The notes under the pieces are model-generated. The model made no database searches. It was given only the letters and a program-made list of their open reading frames with translations, and had not been told where the DNA came from. Below, one piece after another: positions 31,201-41,000 of a DNA stretch of 64,000 bases. The DNA comes from Caecitellus pseudoparvulus (taxonomy: Eukaryota; Protista; Bigyra: Bicosoecida), in contig CBFFRQ010000090.1 in the NCBI GenBank assembly GCA_965644315.1, positions 62,297 to 126,296 of the forward strand, read 5' to 3'. Each line of letters starts with the position of its first letter. Positions within the stretch are counted from its first letter, which is position 1. The translations under genes were made by a program, and so were the position numbers.

Positions 31201-34200
31201 TGCAGATGCTTCCTCTCCCACGGTGGGACCCGGTGAGCTACCCTCCGCCTCCTCGTCCCCTCGCACCCTCGCCGCCTCCTGTGCTGCTGCAGCTGCCAGG
31301 ACATCAGCTGCACTGAAGCCCCCCAGCCCCCCCAGAGCCATGCCCGGCATGCTGCCGTGGCGTGAGAAGCTGCCTACACGCCCGGCTCCAGCTGCGAAGG
31401 ACTTGACGCTGAGGAGCGCCGCACGGGACATTCGCTTGTTGCGGAACTGCTCCGTCCGCTTTGCCTGCCACTCGGCATCGGACATGGTGCGGGCATGGGC
31501 CCGCTGCCGTGCGATGGCCTCCACGACGCTAGGCGTCTCCTCTGAGCTGGACACATCGCTTGCCGCTCGCAGCTGCTCCATTTCTTGGTGGGTCACGATG
31601 CCAAAGTTGTGACGGGGGCGAGGTGGCGCGCCCTCGCCACTGGATTCTCCCCTGTCCCCGGTGTGCCCACCGCGTCCGTCCTCGTCGCCAGCCGCCGCCC
31701 CTGCTGCTGCTGTGGGCGATGGGCGGTGCGTGCTGAGGCGAGGTGGGCCAAACACGTCGCTGTACCGCCGAGAGGGCTCATCCTGCACGTTGCGTCGGAG
31801 CTTCAGCTGAGGTGCCATGGCCAGCAAGTCTACTCCCTTGTGCATCGGCTTCACCTCCCCCGCGCGACCAGAGCGGGCACTCGCAGCACCGCTGTCCCGC
31901 CCATCGCTGGACGAGGGGCGGGGGGTCGTGGACGCCTCACCCTCCTCCTCTGCACCCCCCTGCTTGTCCGCATTGTGTGCGGTGGATGCTTGCCCCTCCC
32001 CGCTGGACACAGCGTCCGTTTCAGCCTGTTCCGGACTGGTGGCGAGTGGCGAGTCTGCGCCTTGCTCTGAAGCTCCAGCTGCTGGGTGTTCGGCGCCGAT
32101 GGCCCCAACAGCGTCAGAGGATGACCCTGACAGCTTGACTGGCTGCCCACCACTCTCATCAGAGGTCTGCTCCCCGCTCTGCCGTGGGGGGCGCAGGGGG
32201 CTGCTGGAAAGCCGACTGCGCCGCCCGCTCACCGGAAAGGCTTCCAGTTGGCCCCCTCCCCTGGAGCCAGGTCGGGAGGGGCTCTCAGTTTCCCCCCCCT
32301 CCGCCACAGGGGACATGACGTGAAAAGGGGCAGCCAGCGGAAGTGAGTCCCTGCTCGCATCACTGCCAGCCTCAGACAGGGCCAGCTCAGTGTCATCCAC
32401 ACGGTGCAGGTCCAGGGGCTGCGGCGGCACACTGGCAGCCGCACTCTGCCCGGCCTCACTGCCCCCGTCGCCAGCTGCCTCGCCACTGCCTTCAGACGCA
32501 CTCAACGAGTCCCCTGCCACACTGCCTGACTTGTCCTCCTTCGATGCCTCCTCGGCCCTCGCTTTGGCCAGCAGGTCCCGCACCGACCGGGCCTTGCGCT
32601 TGGAACGGATGACCATGGACGGCAGGCGAGCCATGGCGGGGTGGGCATCACCCGCAGGCTCGGTCGCCTGCTCCTGGGGTGCGGCTTGGGCCGAGGGGGC
32701 GCTGTCTTTGTCCTGCTCCGCCCCCGGCACACCCGCGGAGCGCCCTTCACTCTCCTCGTCCTCCCCGTCAAGGTCACCATCATCCACCAGCGCATCCACG
32801 TGGTCGTCCAGCGTGTCCAAAGTACCATCCCGGGCGGAAGACGCCTCCTCCGCAAAGGCCTCCAGGTCCTCCATCGCAAGCTTGGAGCCGCCCCGGTCCA
32901 GGCGACGAGACCCCAGCTTGGCAATGAGTTGGTCAGCCGGAACAGGCGCTGGTGCATCTCGCCCGGCCTCGCTACCCTTAGGCCGCGGGGGCAACGCCCG
33001 ACCCAGTGCCGCCCGAGGGCTGCCCGCCTTGCCAGAGCCCACTCGCTTCAGGCCCAGTTTCATTCGGGAGGCGGCCAAGGTGGAGAAGAAAACGCCGGAA
33101 GTGATGCGTTTCATGCCCCGCCCCTTGCCCTCTGCAGCCTTGGCCAGCTCCAGGCGCAGGGTGGCTTCCTGCGCGTCTGTGAGCCCCAGAGCGGCAATGG
33201 CGCCCTCCACGTCCAAGGAGGGCTTGCGGCTGTGCCCGGACACGCCGCCCCCACTGCCTGTGCTGCGCATGCTGCCTGTGCGTTTCAGACGGGAAATCAG
33301 CTCCTCCGCCTTGACGGTGCCTTCCCGGTTGCCTTCAGCTGCTGTGTGTTTCAGGCGCTCGATGAGGGCGGCACGCATCTCCTCTGGCGTGGCTCCCGCG
33401 GCAGCCGCTGCAGGCGCGCCGGCGTCCCCCTGCAAGATCTCCCACTTCTCCTTGCCTTTCTGGGCGGCACGCATGCTCATGGTGCGCTTCACCTTTTTGT
33501 CGCGAGACAGCGAGGCAATGAGCTCTGACGCCGGCACGGCGCCGCCATGCTGCCGAGCCACTGCGCCGCCCACCCCCCCCGTCGCCTTGCTCCCCCTCCC
33601 GCTACTCTTGTCAGAAGAGGAACCCTTATCCACAGAAGCACTGCCGTCGGACGCGCTGCGGGCGTGAGGCGCCCGGGCACTGCGCGCCTTGCCGGACTTG
33701 GGCATGAGAGCGGCAATGAGCTCTTCCGCGGGCACTGCGCCAGAACTGGGCCGGCGGGGCGACTGCTTCAGCTGCTGCAGAATGGCAGAGCGCGCTTCCC
33801 CCGGCGTGAGCCCGGAGGAGCTGCCCACGGCAGCCTGCTGCGCCCGGGACTTGCCCGGCGTGCGCATGCTGCCGCCTCGCGGCATGGCCTTGCCCCCCCG
33901 CCCCCCCTGCAGTGCGGCCAGCAACTCCGCCGCTGGCACGGTGCCAGTGGAACCCTCCTTGCTGGCGTCCTTGAGGCGCTGCATGAGGGAGGCGTAAGCC
34001 TCCGCGCCCACGGCCGCCTCCACGTCCTCCTCGTTACGGAGAATTTGCATCTCAGGCACCCCCCGCCGCTTGCCCCGCCCCCGCCCCTCCTTCCGCAGCC
34101 GAGCCAGCAAGTCTGCTGCCTTCACTGTGCCACTGCCCTGCTCCGCGTCGGCAGCTCGCCCGGCCGCCATGGCCTTCTGGATGTAGGACCGCCCGTCGCC

Positions 34201-37200
34201 GCCGCCAACGGCGCCCGCATCACCGGTGTTGTACAGAGTCGGCTCCACGCCGCTGCGGCTGCTGCCTGTGCTGCGCATGCTGCCCGTGCGTTTCAGGCGC
34301 TCGAGAAGCTCCTCCGCCTTCACTGCGCCCTCCCGGTCTCCAGCTTCCCTCGCTTGCCGAATGCGCTCCAACGCGACCGCCCGCAGCGTCTCCTTAGAAG
34401 CGCCCTCCTTGCTGGCAGCCAGAGCCAGGGCGGCGGAGCCGACGTCAGAAATGACTCGTGGAACACTGCCTCCAGTGCTGTCGCCCCCCACACTGCCCCC
34501 ATCGTCCAGGCGCATGGACCCCAGCTTGCGGAGCAGTGTATCTGCCCTCACTGCGCCTGAGGCTGCGCGTGTGGCTGTTCGATCTGAAGCCAGCAGCCGG
34601 CCGATGATGGCGCTTCGGTCTTCTGCGGACACTGCAGACTGTGTCTCGTCTTCGTGGGCAGCACCTGGGCGGCCCATGTGTGCTGTGCTGCTTGACTCGG
34701 AGCCGTCGTCTGCGTCCTCCACGCTGAGGGCGCCCTCCACCTCCAGGTCAGCTTTGCCGGCACCTACCGATGCGCTGTCCCCTCCCACGCCACGGCTCTT
34801 GCTCGACCCAGCGTGCATGCTGCTGCTCATCACCGCCTTGGACCCCAGGCGGCGCAGGAGCACATCTGCTTTGATGGTGCCCTCGCCCCCACCCGCACGG
34901 GCTGACGCCTTGAGTCGCTCCAGAATCCCCGCCCGTGCCTCGGCTTCGGGGTCCCTGGCTGTGCCTGAGCCCCCTCCACTTGCAGCAGCAGCTGCAGTCG
35001 AAGCACTCGCACCGCTGGGTCGTGGCACAGGGGGCCGGCCTTCGCTTCGGCGCTTGGGGCGTGGCTTGCCTGCGCCCAGTGACTTCAGCAGGTCTGCCGC
35101 CTTCACAGGTCCGCTCGATTCTCCTCCTTTGCTGCTGCTGCCTGCTGTGTGGCTGGCCACGCGCCGCATGCCCCCACTGCCTCGTCCACCGGCAGCTGCA
35201 GGCGGCTTGCCTGGCCTTGGAGAGCCCTTGCCTCCTTTCCTGCCTTTGTCGCCTTTGAGCTTGGAGATCAGTGCGTCGGCCTTCACTGCACTGCTGCCTG
35301 ACTCACCGCTGTCCACTGATGCCGTCATGCTTGACGAGCCCTCCAACGGCTTGCCCAGCTTGGCGGTGAGCCCCTTGCCCTTGCGGCCACCCCTCCCCTT
35401 GCCACCTCGTTTGTCCGCACCCAGTGACTTCAGCAGGTCCGCCGCTTTCACAGGTCCGCCTTCTTCGCTGCCCTTGCTGCTGCTGCCTGCTGTGTGGCTT
35501 GCCACGCGCCGCATGCCGCCGCCGCCTCCTCCACCAGCAGCAGCTGCAGGCGGCCTGCCGCCGCCCTTCCTGCCTTTGACTGCCTTGAGCTGGGCAATCA
35601 AGTCACTTGCCTTGACGGCGCCCGGTGTGGACGTGTCCTGCACAGCCGGTGTTGAGGCAGAGCCCTTCAGCGGCTTGCCGAGTTTCGCAGTCAAGCCGCC
35701 CGTGCCTTTAGACCGGCCACTGCTGGTGCTGGACGCCTCCTCGTCCACGCCAAGCGACTTCAGGAGGTCTGCAGCTTTAACTGTCCCTGCTGCAGCACTC
35801 TCTTCCGCCCGGGCTGCTGCCATGGCAGCCCGCAGCGCATCCCCGCTATGGGACGCACTGGAGGCCTGAGCAGAGGCAGCCGCCACAGGCTTCGCCGCTG
35901 ACGCTGTCCCACGATGGTCGGTGCGAGCTTTTGTGTGCTCAAAGTCCAGCTCATCTGACGTCACCGTCGCGTCTCGAGCAGGCGGCTTGTCCGTCGGGAG
36001 GAAGTCACGGCCTTGCACCCACGGGTGCAAGAACACCTGCTGGGCGGTCAGACGGGCCTCTGCGTCCCTGTTCAACATGCCCATCATCAAGTGAACCAAG
36101 GCAGTGGGCCACGGCTCCAGTGGCACAGTGTTGAAGGTCACAGGCCGCTGCTTGCTGGCTGCCTTGCGGCGTGCTTGCAGCGCAGCTGCCTCCTGTGCCC
36201 CAGGCCCTGCCCCAGCACCAGCCGCTGGCTCATCAGCTTCCCCCTCGCCATCAGGCTCGCGATCAAAGCTCAGCTGGCCCCCGAGGCCGCTCTCCGCAGC
36301 AGACCGTGCCCCCTTTACTATGCTGGATAACGTATCAGCTCCGCCCTCCTCGTCGAAGTCGGAGTCTGAATCGTACGTAATTTCTACGTCCACTCCCCGT
36401 CGACCCTTGCCGCCAATGTGGGCCACTGTGGGTGCAGCAGAGGCTTTGGGCCGGGGCTGCAGAGACTCAGGGATGCCCACCGGCAAATCAGGGCGTCCAC
36501 CTGGAGTGCGCACATGGGCCCACTCCACCGCACGACCGATGCAGGCTGGGCTGGTGTGCCGGTCCCACTCGGGAGTGTGTTTCAGCACCTGCTGCATCAA
36601 AGCCTGCGCACTCGCGCCCTTGAAGGGATACTTTCCCGTCAGCATTACCCACAGTAACACTCCCATGGACCAGACGTCAACAGGGTACCCTCCATAGTCC
36701 CCGTATGGCGGCTCAATCACCTCAGGAGCCATGTACTCTGGCGACCCAACTCGCTGCTTGAAGCGGCGATGTCTCAAAGTGAGCTCACCTGCTGGCGTGG
36801 TGAGAGGGTTGCCACTGGGAATGTCCACACGAGTTGCCGTGCCGAAGTCCCCCAGCTTCACGCAGCGCCCAGCCAAGTCTGGCGGCAAGGACAGCTCCTC
36901 ACCGTCTGGCCCAACAGGCGGAGAAACGTCGTGCAGCAGCTGGTCATGGCGGTACTTTGTGTCCAGCGCCTGCCCCTCGCGCTCCGCGTTTGCCAGCAGG
37001 ATGTTCTCGGCCTTGACGTTGCGGTGAGCGATGCCACACGCATGCGCGTAGTACACTCCCAGCGCCACTTGCCGAAAAACCACCCGAGCCATGGCCAACG
37101 GCAAGTGGTGCACCTTGCGAAGGAAAGCAAAAAGTGACCCACCCATGCCCAGCTCCATGACAATGTGCACTCCTCTGTGTGACTCGAATGTGTCAATGAG

Positions 37201-37962
37201 CTGCGCCACGTGGCCCAGCCCGTCGGCCAAGCCCGGAAGCGGACGAAGCGGTGCGGTCAAGCACGCCATGGACAGCACCTCGTCTTTGCAGGTGCGCAGC
37301 GCCCCCCGCTCCTTCAAGCGGCCTTTGCTGTACACCTTCATGGCTACTTTGGGTCCTGCAGGCAGGGGTTTGCCTGTGGCGGTTTTGGTTGCGCCAGCAG
37401 AATTCTCGCCCGAAAACCCAGGGAAGCCAGGTCGCTCTCCAGCCGAGCCGACGAGCGGCACAGCCTTCCACACCTTCGTGAACTTGCCCTGGCCCAGAAT
37501 CTGCACAGGAGAAGGTGTGCGCACCCTGTGCACCAGCGCCGGGACTCCACGCTCTCCCCAGCAACAGCAGCCAGTCCAGACGCGTGTAACTCCCTCAGCA
37601 TCGCACGCGACACGGCGTTTCACGCACCCGGTCTGTCGCGAACAGCGCATCAGGGGCACCCTCACGCCTGAACTTGAACGATGCACTGTCCAAGACACAC
37701 CCCTGTGCGTCCCTGACATCTCCGTCCATCCCGCCGCCGGCACTCGGGCTGGCAGCTGCCATGGCTGCTCGCTCCTGCTCTGGCGTCCACTGGCGTGTCG
37801 GCCAAGCTGTCCCGTGCCACACCTGCCGCACGGCTCCCAATTGATCTGCCGGGCAAGCGCGTTGCTGGCGATATCAAGCTGGACAATTTTGGGATTCTGG
37901 TGAAATCGTTGCTCCAATTTCTGCCTTCGTAGATACATTGAAATTGAAGCAACTTGCGCCAT
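28297..37962 (-). CDS. Giant CAMK/SNF1-like Ser/Thr kinase-domain protein (predicted pseudokinase, HRN) with a >2000-aa disordered repeat-containing tail
   Basis: 3251-aa ORF with LGQGKFTKV, VAMK, HIVME, HRNVKAENILL, VKLGDFG, VGSPEYMAPE, DVWSMGV and RLTAQQVFLHPW. Likely start is ATG 37962, with unresolved intron(s) between ~37822 and 37501. Confidence 0.85.
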   Translation of the reverse strand: MAQVASISMYLRRQKLEQRFHQNPKIVQLDIASNALARQINWEPCGRCGTGQLGRHASGRQSRSEQPWQLPARVPAAGWTEMSGTHRGVSWTVHRSSSGVRVPLMRCSRQTGCVKRRVACDAEGVTRVWTGCCCWGERGVPALVHRVRTPSPVQILGQGKFTKVWKAVPLVGSAGERPGFPGFSGENSAGATKTATGKPLPAGPKVAMKVYSKGRLKERGALRTCKDEVLSMACLTAPLRPLPGLADGLGHVAQLIDTFESHRGVHIVMELGMGGSLFAFLRKVHHLPLAMARVVFRQVALGVYYAHACGIAHRNVKAENILLANAEREGQALDTKYRHDQLLHDVSPPVGPDGEELSLPPDLAGRCVKLGDFGTATRVDIPSGNPLTTPAGELTLRHRRFKQRVGSPEYMAPEVIEPPYGDYGGYPVDVWSMGVLLWVMLTGKYPFKGASAQALMQQVLKHTPEWDRHTSPACIGRAVEWAHVRTPGGRPDLPVGIPESLQPRPKASAAPTVAHIGGKGRRGVDVEITYDSDSDFDEEGGADTLSSIVKGARSAAESGLGGQLSFDREPDGEGEADEPAAGAGAGPGAQEAAALQARRKAASKQRPVTFNTVPLEPWPTALVHLMMGMLNRDAEARLTAQQVFLHPWVQGRDFLPTDKPPARDATVTSDELDFEHTKARTDHRGTASAAKPVAAASAQASSASHSGDALRAAMAAARAEESAAAGTVKAADLLKSLGVDEEASSTSSGRSKGTGGLTAKLGKPLKGSASTPAVQDTSTPGAVKASDLIAQLKAVKGRKGGGRPPAAAAGGGGGGGMRRVASHTAGSSSKGSEEGGPVKAADLLKSLGADKRGGKGRGGRKGKGLTAKLGKPLEGSSSMTASVDSGESGSSAVKADALISKLKGDKGRKGGKGSPRPGKPPAAAGGRGSGGMRRVASHTAGSSSKGGESSGPVKAADLLKSLGAGKPRPKRRSEGRPPVPRPSGASASTAAAAASGGGSGTARDPEAEARAGILERLKASARAGGGEGTIKADVLLRRLGSKAVMSSSMHAGSSKSRGVGGDSASVGAGKADLEVEGALSVEDADDGSESSSTAHMGRPGAAHEDETQSAVSAEDRSAIIGRLLASDRTATRAASGAVRADTLLRKLGSMRLDDGGSVGGDSTGGSVPRVISDVGSAALALAASKEGASKETLRAVALERIRQAREAGDREGAVKAEELLERLKRTGSMRSTGSSRSGVEPTLYNTGDAGAVGGGDGRSYIQKAMAAGRAADAEQGSGTVKAADLLARLRKEGRGRGKRRGVPEMQILRNEEDVEAAVGAEAYASLMQRLKDASKEGSTGTVPAAELLAALQGGRGGKAMPRGGSMRTPGKSRAQQAAVGSSSGLTPGEARSAILQQLKQSPRRPSSGAVPAEELIAALMPKSGKARSARAPHARSASDGSASVDKGSSSDKSSGRGSKATGGVGGAVARQHGGAVPASELIASLSRDKKVKRTMSMRAAQKGKEKWEILQGDAGAPAAAAAGATPEEMRAALIERLKHTAAEGNREGTVKAEELISRLKRTGSMRSTGSGGGVSGHSRKPSLDVEGAIAALGLTDAQEATLRLELAKAAEGKGRGMKRITSGVFFSTLAASRMKLGLKRVGSGKAGSPRAALGRALPPRPKGSEAGRDAPAPVPADQLIAKLGSRRLDRGGSKLAMEDLEAFAEEASSARDGTLDTLDDHVDALVDDGDLDGEDEESEGRSAGVPGAEQDKDSAPSAQAAPQEQATEPAGDAHPAMARLPSMVIRSKRKARSVRDLLAKARAEEASKEDKSGSVAGDSLSASEGSGEAAGDGGSEAGQSAAASVPPQPLDLHRVDDTELALSEAGSDASRDSLPLAAPFHVMSPVAEGGETESPSRPGSRGGGQLEAFPVSGRRSRLSSSPLRPPRQSGEQTSDESGGQPVKLSGSSSDAVGAIGAEHPAAGASEQGADSPLATSPEQAETDAVSSGEGQASTAHNADKQGGAEEEGEASTTPRPSSSDGRDSGAASARSGRAGEVKPMHKGVDLLAMAPQLKLRRNVQDEPSRRYSDVFGPPRLSTHRPSPTAAAGAAAGDEDGRGGHTGDRGESSGEGAPPRPRHNFGIVTHQEMEQLRAASDVSSSEETPSVVEAIARQRAHARTMSDAEWQAKRTEQFRNKRMSRAALLSVKSFAAGAGRVGSFSRHGSMPGMALGGLGGFSAADVLAAAAAQEAARVRGDEEAEGSSPGPTVGEEASATGSGEAAGVVVEHSVERMRVRRRKHARATRHVSRMATKVSAAMRLFSPKRTPDTAGSPEAFAVGGAFQGIAMRRPGGAAATLDASPPQESKASDTRSSTLTSADGVGVHSFAHSRDLQGGQSTQGSKSDERGGSTASTDLLPLAGVTRVESAAGLSGVETASLASGTDVGRWPSSTVRPQSSDASDDRPATPPTQQPERLSQQLHGHLPPPVQTTVERQVRGRQSPTNLMSTASRDTSEGVESPVKVVRGAGEEGLELGDLPLDTPMAPSGPSGNSSSTGSLPMPDDQASGRHSASAAHLPEANLKGAAAAPAQGAFASDEPTVAQRVAATHSLAVPGARSPAPTRQAVLRGSSRSPASPTASEGSASAPEGILGFSARIGGAEAVSTQSPTHTSPRRELLVRPDSPDSLGEVQRPGPGPWAGSSAEELQLQTQHRVPHAPGETLQSLIIAPSPGPASRTRRTATELVSPASRKPRPPLTSPGTPGTGLRQSTGSETPGLRPVPQTGASPRTHKVDAGGELHGVPSDSSLVPGPLGSVPSRWHGVPAGGGSPLPPKAYDFQTVLEPAFAEGFSLTAQGPPPATNATLSQRRHVVPPASPARVGSALGGGGREPSATHGPRKGAGLPPPSPASPRPTPLISPSRSSQTIQPQGGPHLDLALVATVPFAGASPRQESKAAPNSSLRDVVRQTRTPGARGPSVAFSMMSHGTLQTMMAADTTASPRGSADTRSYHDSPAVVFSADGSSAVVSVRRDAISGSQLLGPSAATQPAGAGVRGDAAEVHGGLDPLVALPRSALAQASPTASTEHLHIRAGKAGPQHAPAPTTPPGQATRAAPAVSARGRLEGSHSARSLRQAAAHMPFPVPATSRKASREEAARAPPLRSHKQAFSAQGRGSAAVAQLGQSHSRSEFADAALLQLDLAASISPRGPAARSRAVGSNTLALAAKRSMASGASSSGRRSRRRKRQR
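32910..35790 (-). repeat. Intragenic repeat array: ~14 copies of G[ATP]V[KP]A[ADES][DE]L[LI]xxL, with a ~340-bp nucleotide-level duplication
   Basis: Translated copies include GTVKAADLLKSLG, GAVKASDLIAQLK, GPVKAADLLKSLG (x2), GAVKAEELLERLK and GAVPASELIASLS. Near-identical DNA cccagtgacttcagcaggtc..ttcacaggtccgc occurs at ~35075 and ~35420. Confidence 0.85.
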
Positions 37963-38066
37963 GTCCAAAGGAAAGGTAGGCAAAAAGCCTGGCGGCACAA
38001 CCTGCTTGCACAGGCACAAGGGTGTTGTGTATGGACTGGCGTAGTGCTGCATTCAGGACGATCCGG

Positions 38067-41000
38067 TCAAATTGGCTCATACGCGCCAGTGACGGTGCGC
38101 CTTTCGCGCCGGCAGTACACGTATGCCACTCCCATCAATACCAAACCACCAACAACACCACCAGCGATTCCAAAGATCGTTCCCAGATCTGCTGGGGGCT
38201 TTTCAGGCTTGTGGCTGCCGTGGGCAGTGTCATCGTCGTTGCCAGGCATGTCGTCATTGCCAGGCATGTCGTCGTCACCACCAGTGGAGGAGGAGTGCAA
38301 GGGTAGGGGCTCGTACACGACACCCTGGCCCACTACGGGGTTCTGAGCACACAGCGTGTTGGGGGCACACTTGGCCACCACCACTACCCAGTGATGCCCG
38401 CGTACTCGTGAAATGTCGGCCTCTGGGAGCGTTCCAGAGAAGCTGATCTGACCCCGCTCCACCAGCACATAGTCTGCCAGCACACTGTACAGCTGCTCCA
38501 TGACTTGCAGATAGCCACAGTACGACCCCTGCTGCAGCACAGCCAGTTGCTCCGGCGAAATGGCGTCCTTTGCAATCAGAGCGATGCTGAAGGTCAAGCC
38601 CTCGTCGATGGGCAGCATGACAGGCTTCGAGGTGGAGCCCTGACTCACAATCATGGACGGAAACTCCACCTTGGCGAAAAGAGAGGTCTGAGTAACTGTC
38701 GATTCCAGCACTGTGCGGTTTGACACGCCCAAATACCCTGCACCTGCATCCCCCATCATCACTCGTGCGCGGGCGTGCCCCCGTCCAGGCACCCCATGCG
38801 CACCTTCCACCATCGCAGCAACAAGGCCCCTGTGCGAAGCACCCGATGCCTTGTTCGGCATCGCGATCAAGACCTCAGCTGAAGCTGGACCCGCAGCAGC
38901 GTCCACCACGATCACCTCGTCGGGTGTCTGCACACTCCAAGGCGTGCCAACAGACGCACCACACGAACTCGTTGGCCCCGCCACGCACAAAGGTACCTTC
39001 ACCGACCCAGCACACGCCTCAACACGCACACGCACTGTGCCACTGCCCACGCTAGACAAGTACGGATCCGCAAACACCGTCCATGGATCCACCTGCGGCG
39101 TGAGGGAGCTGCCCCGCAAGACACGCGATTCAGCGCCGTTCGGAGCAGGCAAGGCCAGCTGGACAGCTGTCGTGTGCGATTGGTTCTGCTGGAAATGGGC
39201 AGGTGACACTTGCTGTGGGACAGAGGAATGCAGTCGCACCTCCACTCCCACTGGTTCCAGGGCTCGAATCTTGGCAGATGGCTCGTTCAAGGAGAACAGA
39301 AGCACAAACACGTTCACGAAGCAGCTGGCGCCGGGAGTGGAGACGCCCTTGCAGAAGCTATGTGGGAGTGGCGCAATGGGGCCCCATGAGAACATGTCCC
39401 CCACCGCGCTTCCCTGGACCTTGCTGGAACCACCTCCGATGGGTGGAATGGGGAAGCGCAGGTCCGTGCTGCAGGCCTCCTGCTGCGCTCCTGGACCACA
39501 CACGTCGTAGCTGATGGCGATTACGGATGCCCCTGGACCGATGGACACACGACCAGCATCCAGCTCTTCCTCCATCCATAATGCAAGCCCTGGATGCTGC
39601 TCAGCGACCTCTGGCAGCAAGCTGCGCAGGCGCTCCTCCGCATCATTCGCTTCAGACATGCTGCTGCTTGCCGTGTAGGCGCCCACACTGGAGTCCTGGG
39701 GGAAATTCATGCATCCCGACGTGCGGCACTGCATGTTGACGCTGAGGTACTGACTTGTCCGGTTCGCCAGAGGCATGTCCGCTGCCCACGCACTCGCCGG
39801 CACTGGCACGGTCAACCAGGTATGCGGGCCAATGACGCTCCCGTGGTCATGACAGGTGCCGTCGGCGTTGTGGTGCGAGCATACTCGCTCAAACGGCATG
39901 TACGCCTGCACAACTGGATCATGCACACTCGCAGCTGGCACAGTGGCGCTGGAGTACACCAGCAGCGTCAGCGGCTGGGAAGGCGCAACGTCCTGACCAG
40001 CCTCCACTACCAGCACAGTCCACAACCCAGCCTTGTAGTCAGCTGCGTCGCACTTCATGCCCCCAACTGCACATGGCTCGTTGGCACTCACGAAGAGCCC
40101 GTGATACCCATGGAAGCCCAGCTGGTTCTCGTTGGGGGGGAGCAGCCCAACCATGCAGGAGTCCACCTTCACAGGTTTGCCTGGCGGAATCAAACACATG
40201 ACAGGCGAGTACGCCTCCCTTGCGCGGGACACCTGCACAGTCAAGTTTTGACTCGCATCAGGCAGGTAGAACTGCGCCAGTGAAAAGGTGTTGTTCTCCA
40301 AACCTGTGCCGGCGGGCGGCGCGCTCATTGGCAAGGCAGCTGTCCCCAGCACCATCTGCACTGGGTGCACCTGATACCCCGCCATGATCGTGAACGGCGC
40401 CCCCACTCCACTGCCCCCGCTGCCACTGACGTATGCAGCCACCGTCCAGTTGGCGCTGGGGGCACCCTGCATGCATGCGTCCACTGTTGTCACCACCACA
40501 TGCCTCTGGCCGTGTGGCACGAGCAAGTTGCACTTCCCTGTGTTTTTTGGCCCAGGCAGCGTCGTCGGATCGCCGGGCACATACCTGTTGGTCAGGTACA
40601 GGCTCACTGTGACGCCTGGCGTGGAGTCCCCCCAACTCAAGGCGAAGTTGCCCAAGGTTGCCATGGCGTCAGCAGGCACGTCAGGGCGCAGCGAAAAGTA
40701 CTGGGGCGCGCCACCAGCCGCCAGCACAGAGGACAGTGACACACCCGGCAAGAGCTGAGTGATGCTTGGCTCAGAGCCACTGTCGCGCGCCGTGGAAGCT
40801 GACAGGTACACGTCCGCGCCGCCTGGGCATGGTGTTGTCAAGGTAACCAGCCAGCCGACGTCAGCTGCAGCTGGGGGCGGCACCTGCACATGGTCCACGC
40901 CGAAACCGTGCAAGATGCTCCATGTGAACGATGCTGAAGACGGCCAAGTAGCCTTGTTTGCGGGGGCTGCTCCAGCGTCAATGTAGGCGTCAACTTTGCA

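Noticed and set aside
32910-35790. Spaced repeats as a possible CRISPR array or mobile element
   Set aside because: The repeats are in-frame, conserved at the protein level and irregularly spaced, with no cas, transposase or terminal repeats.
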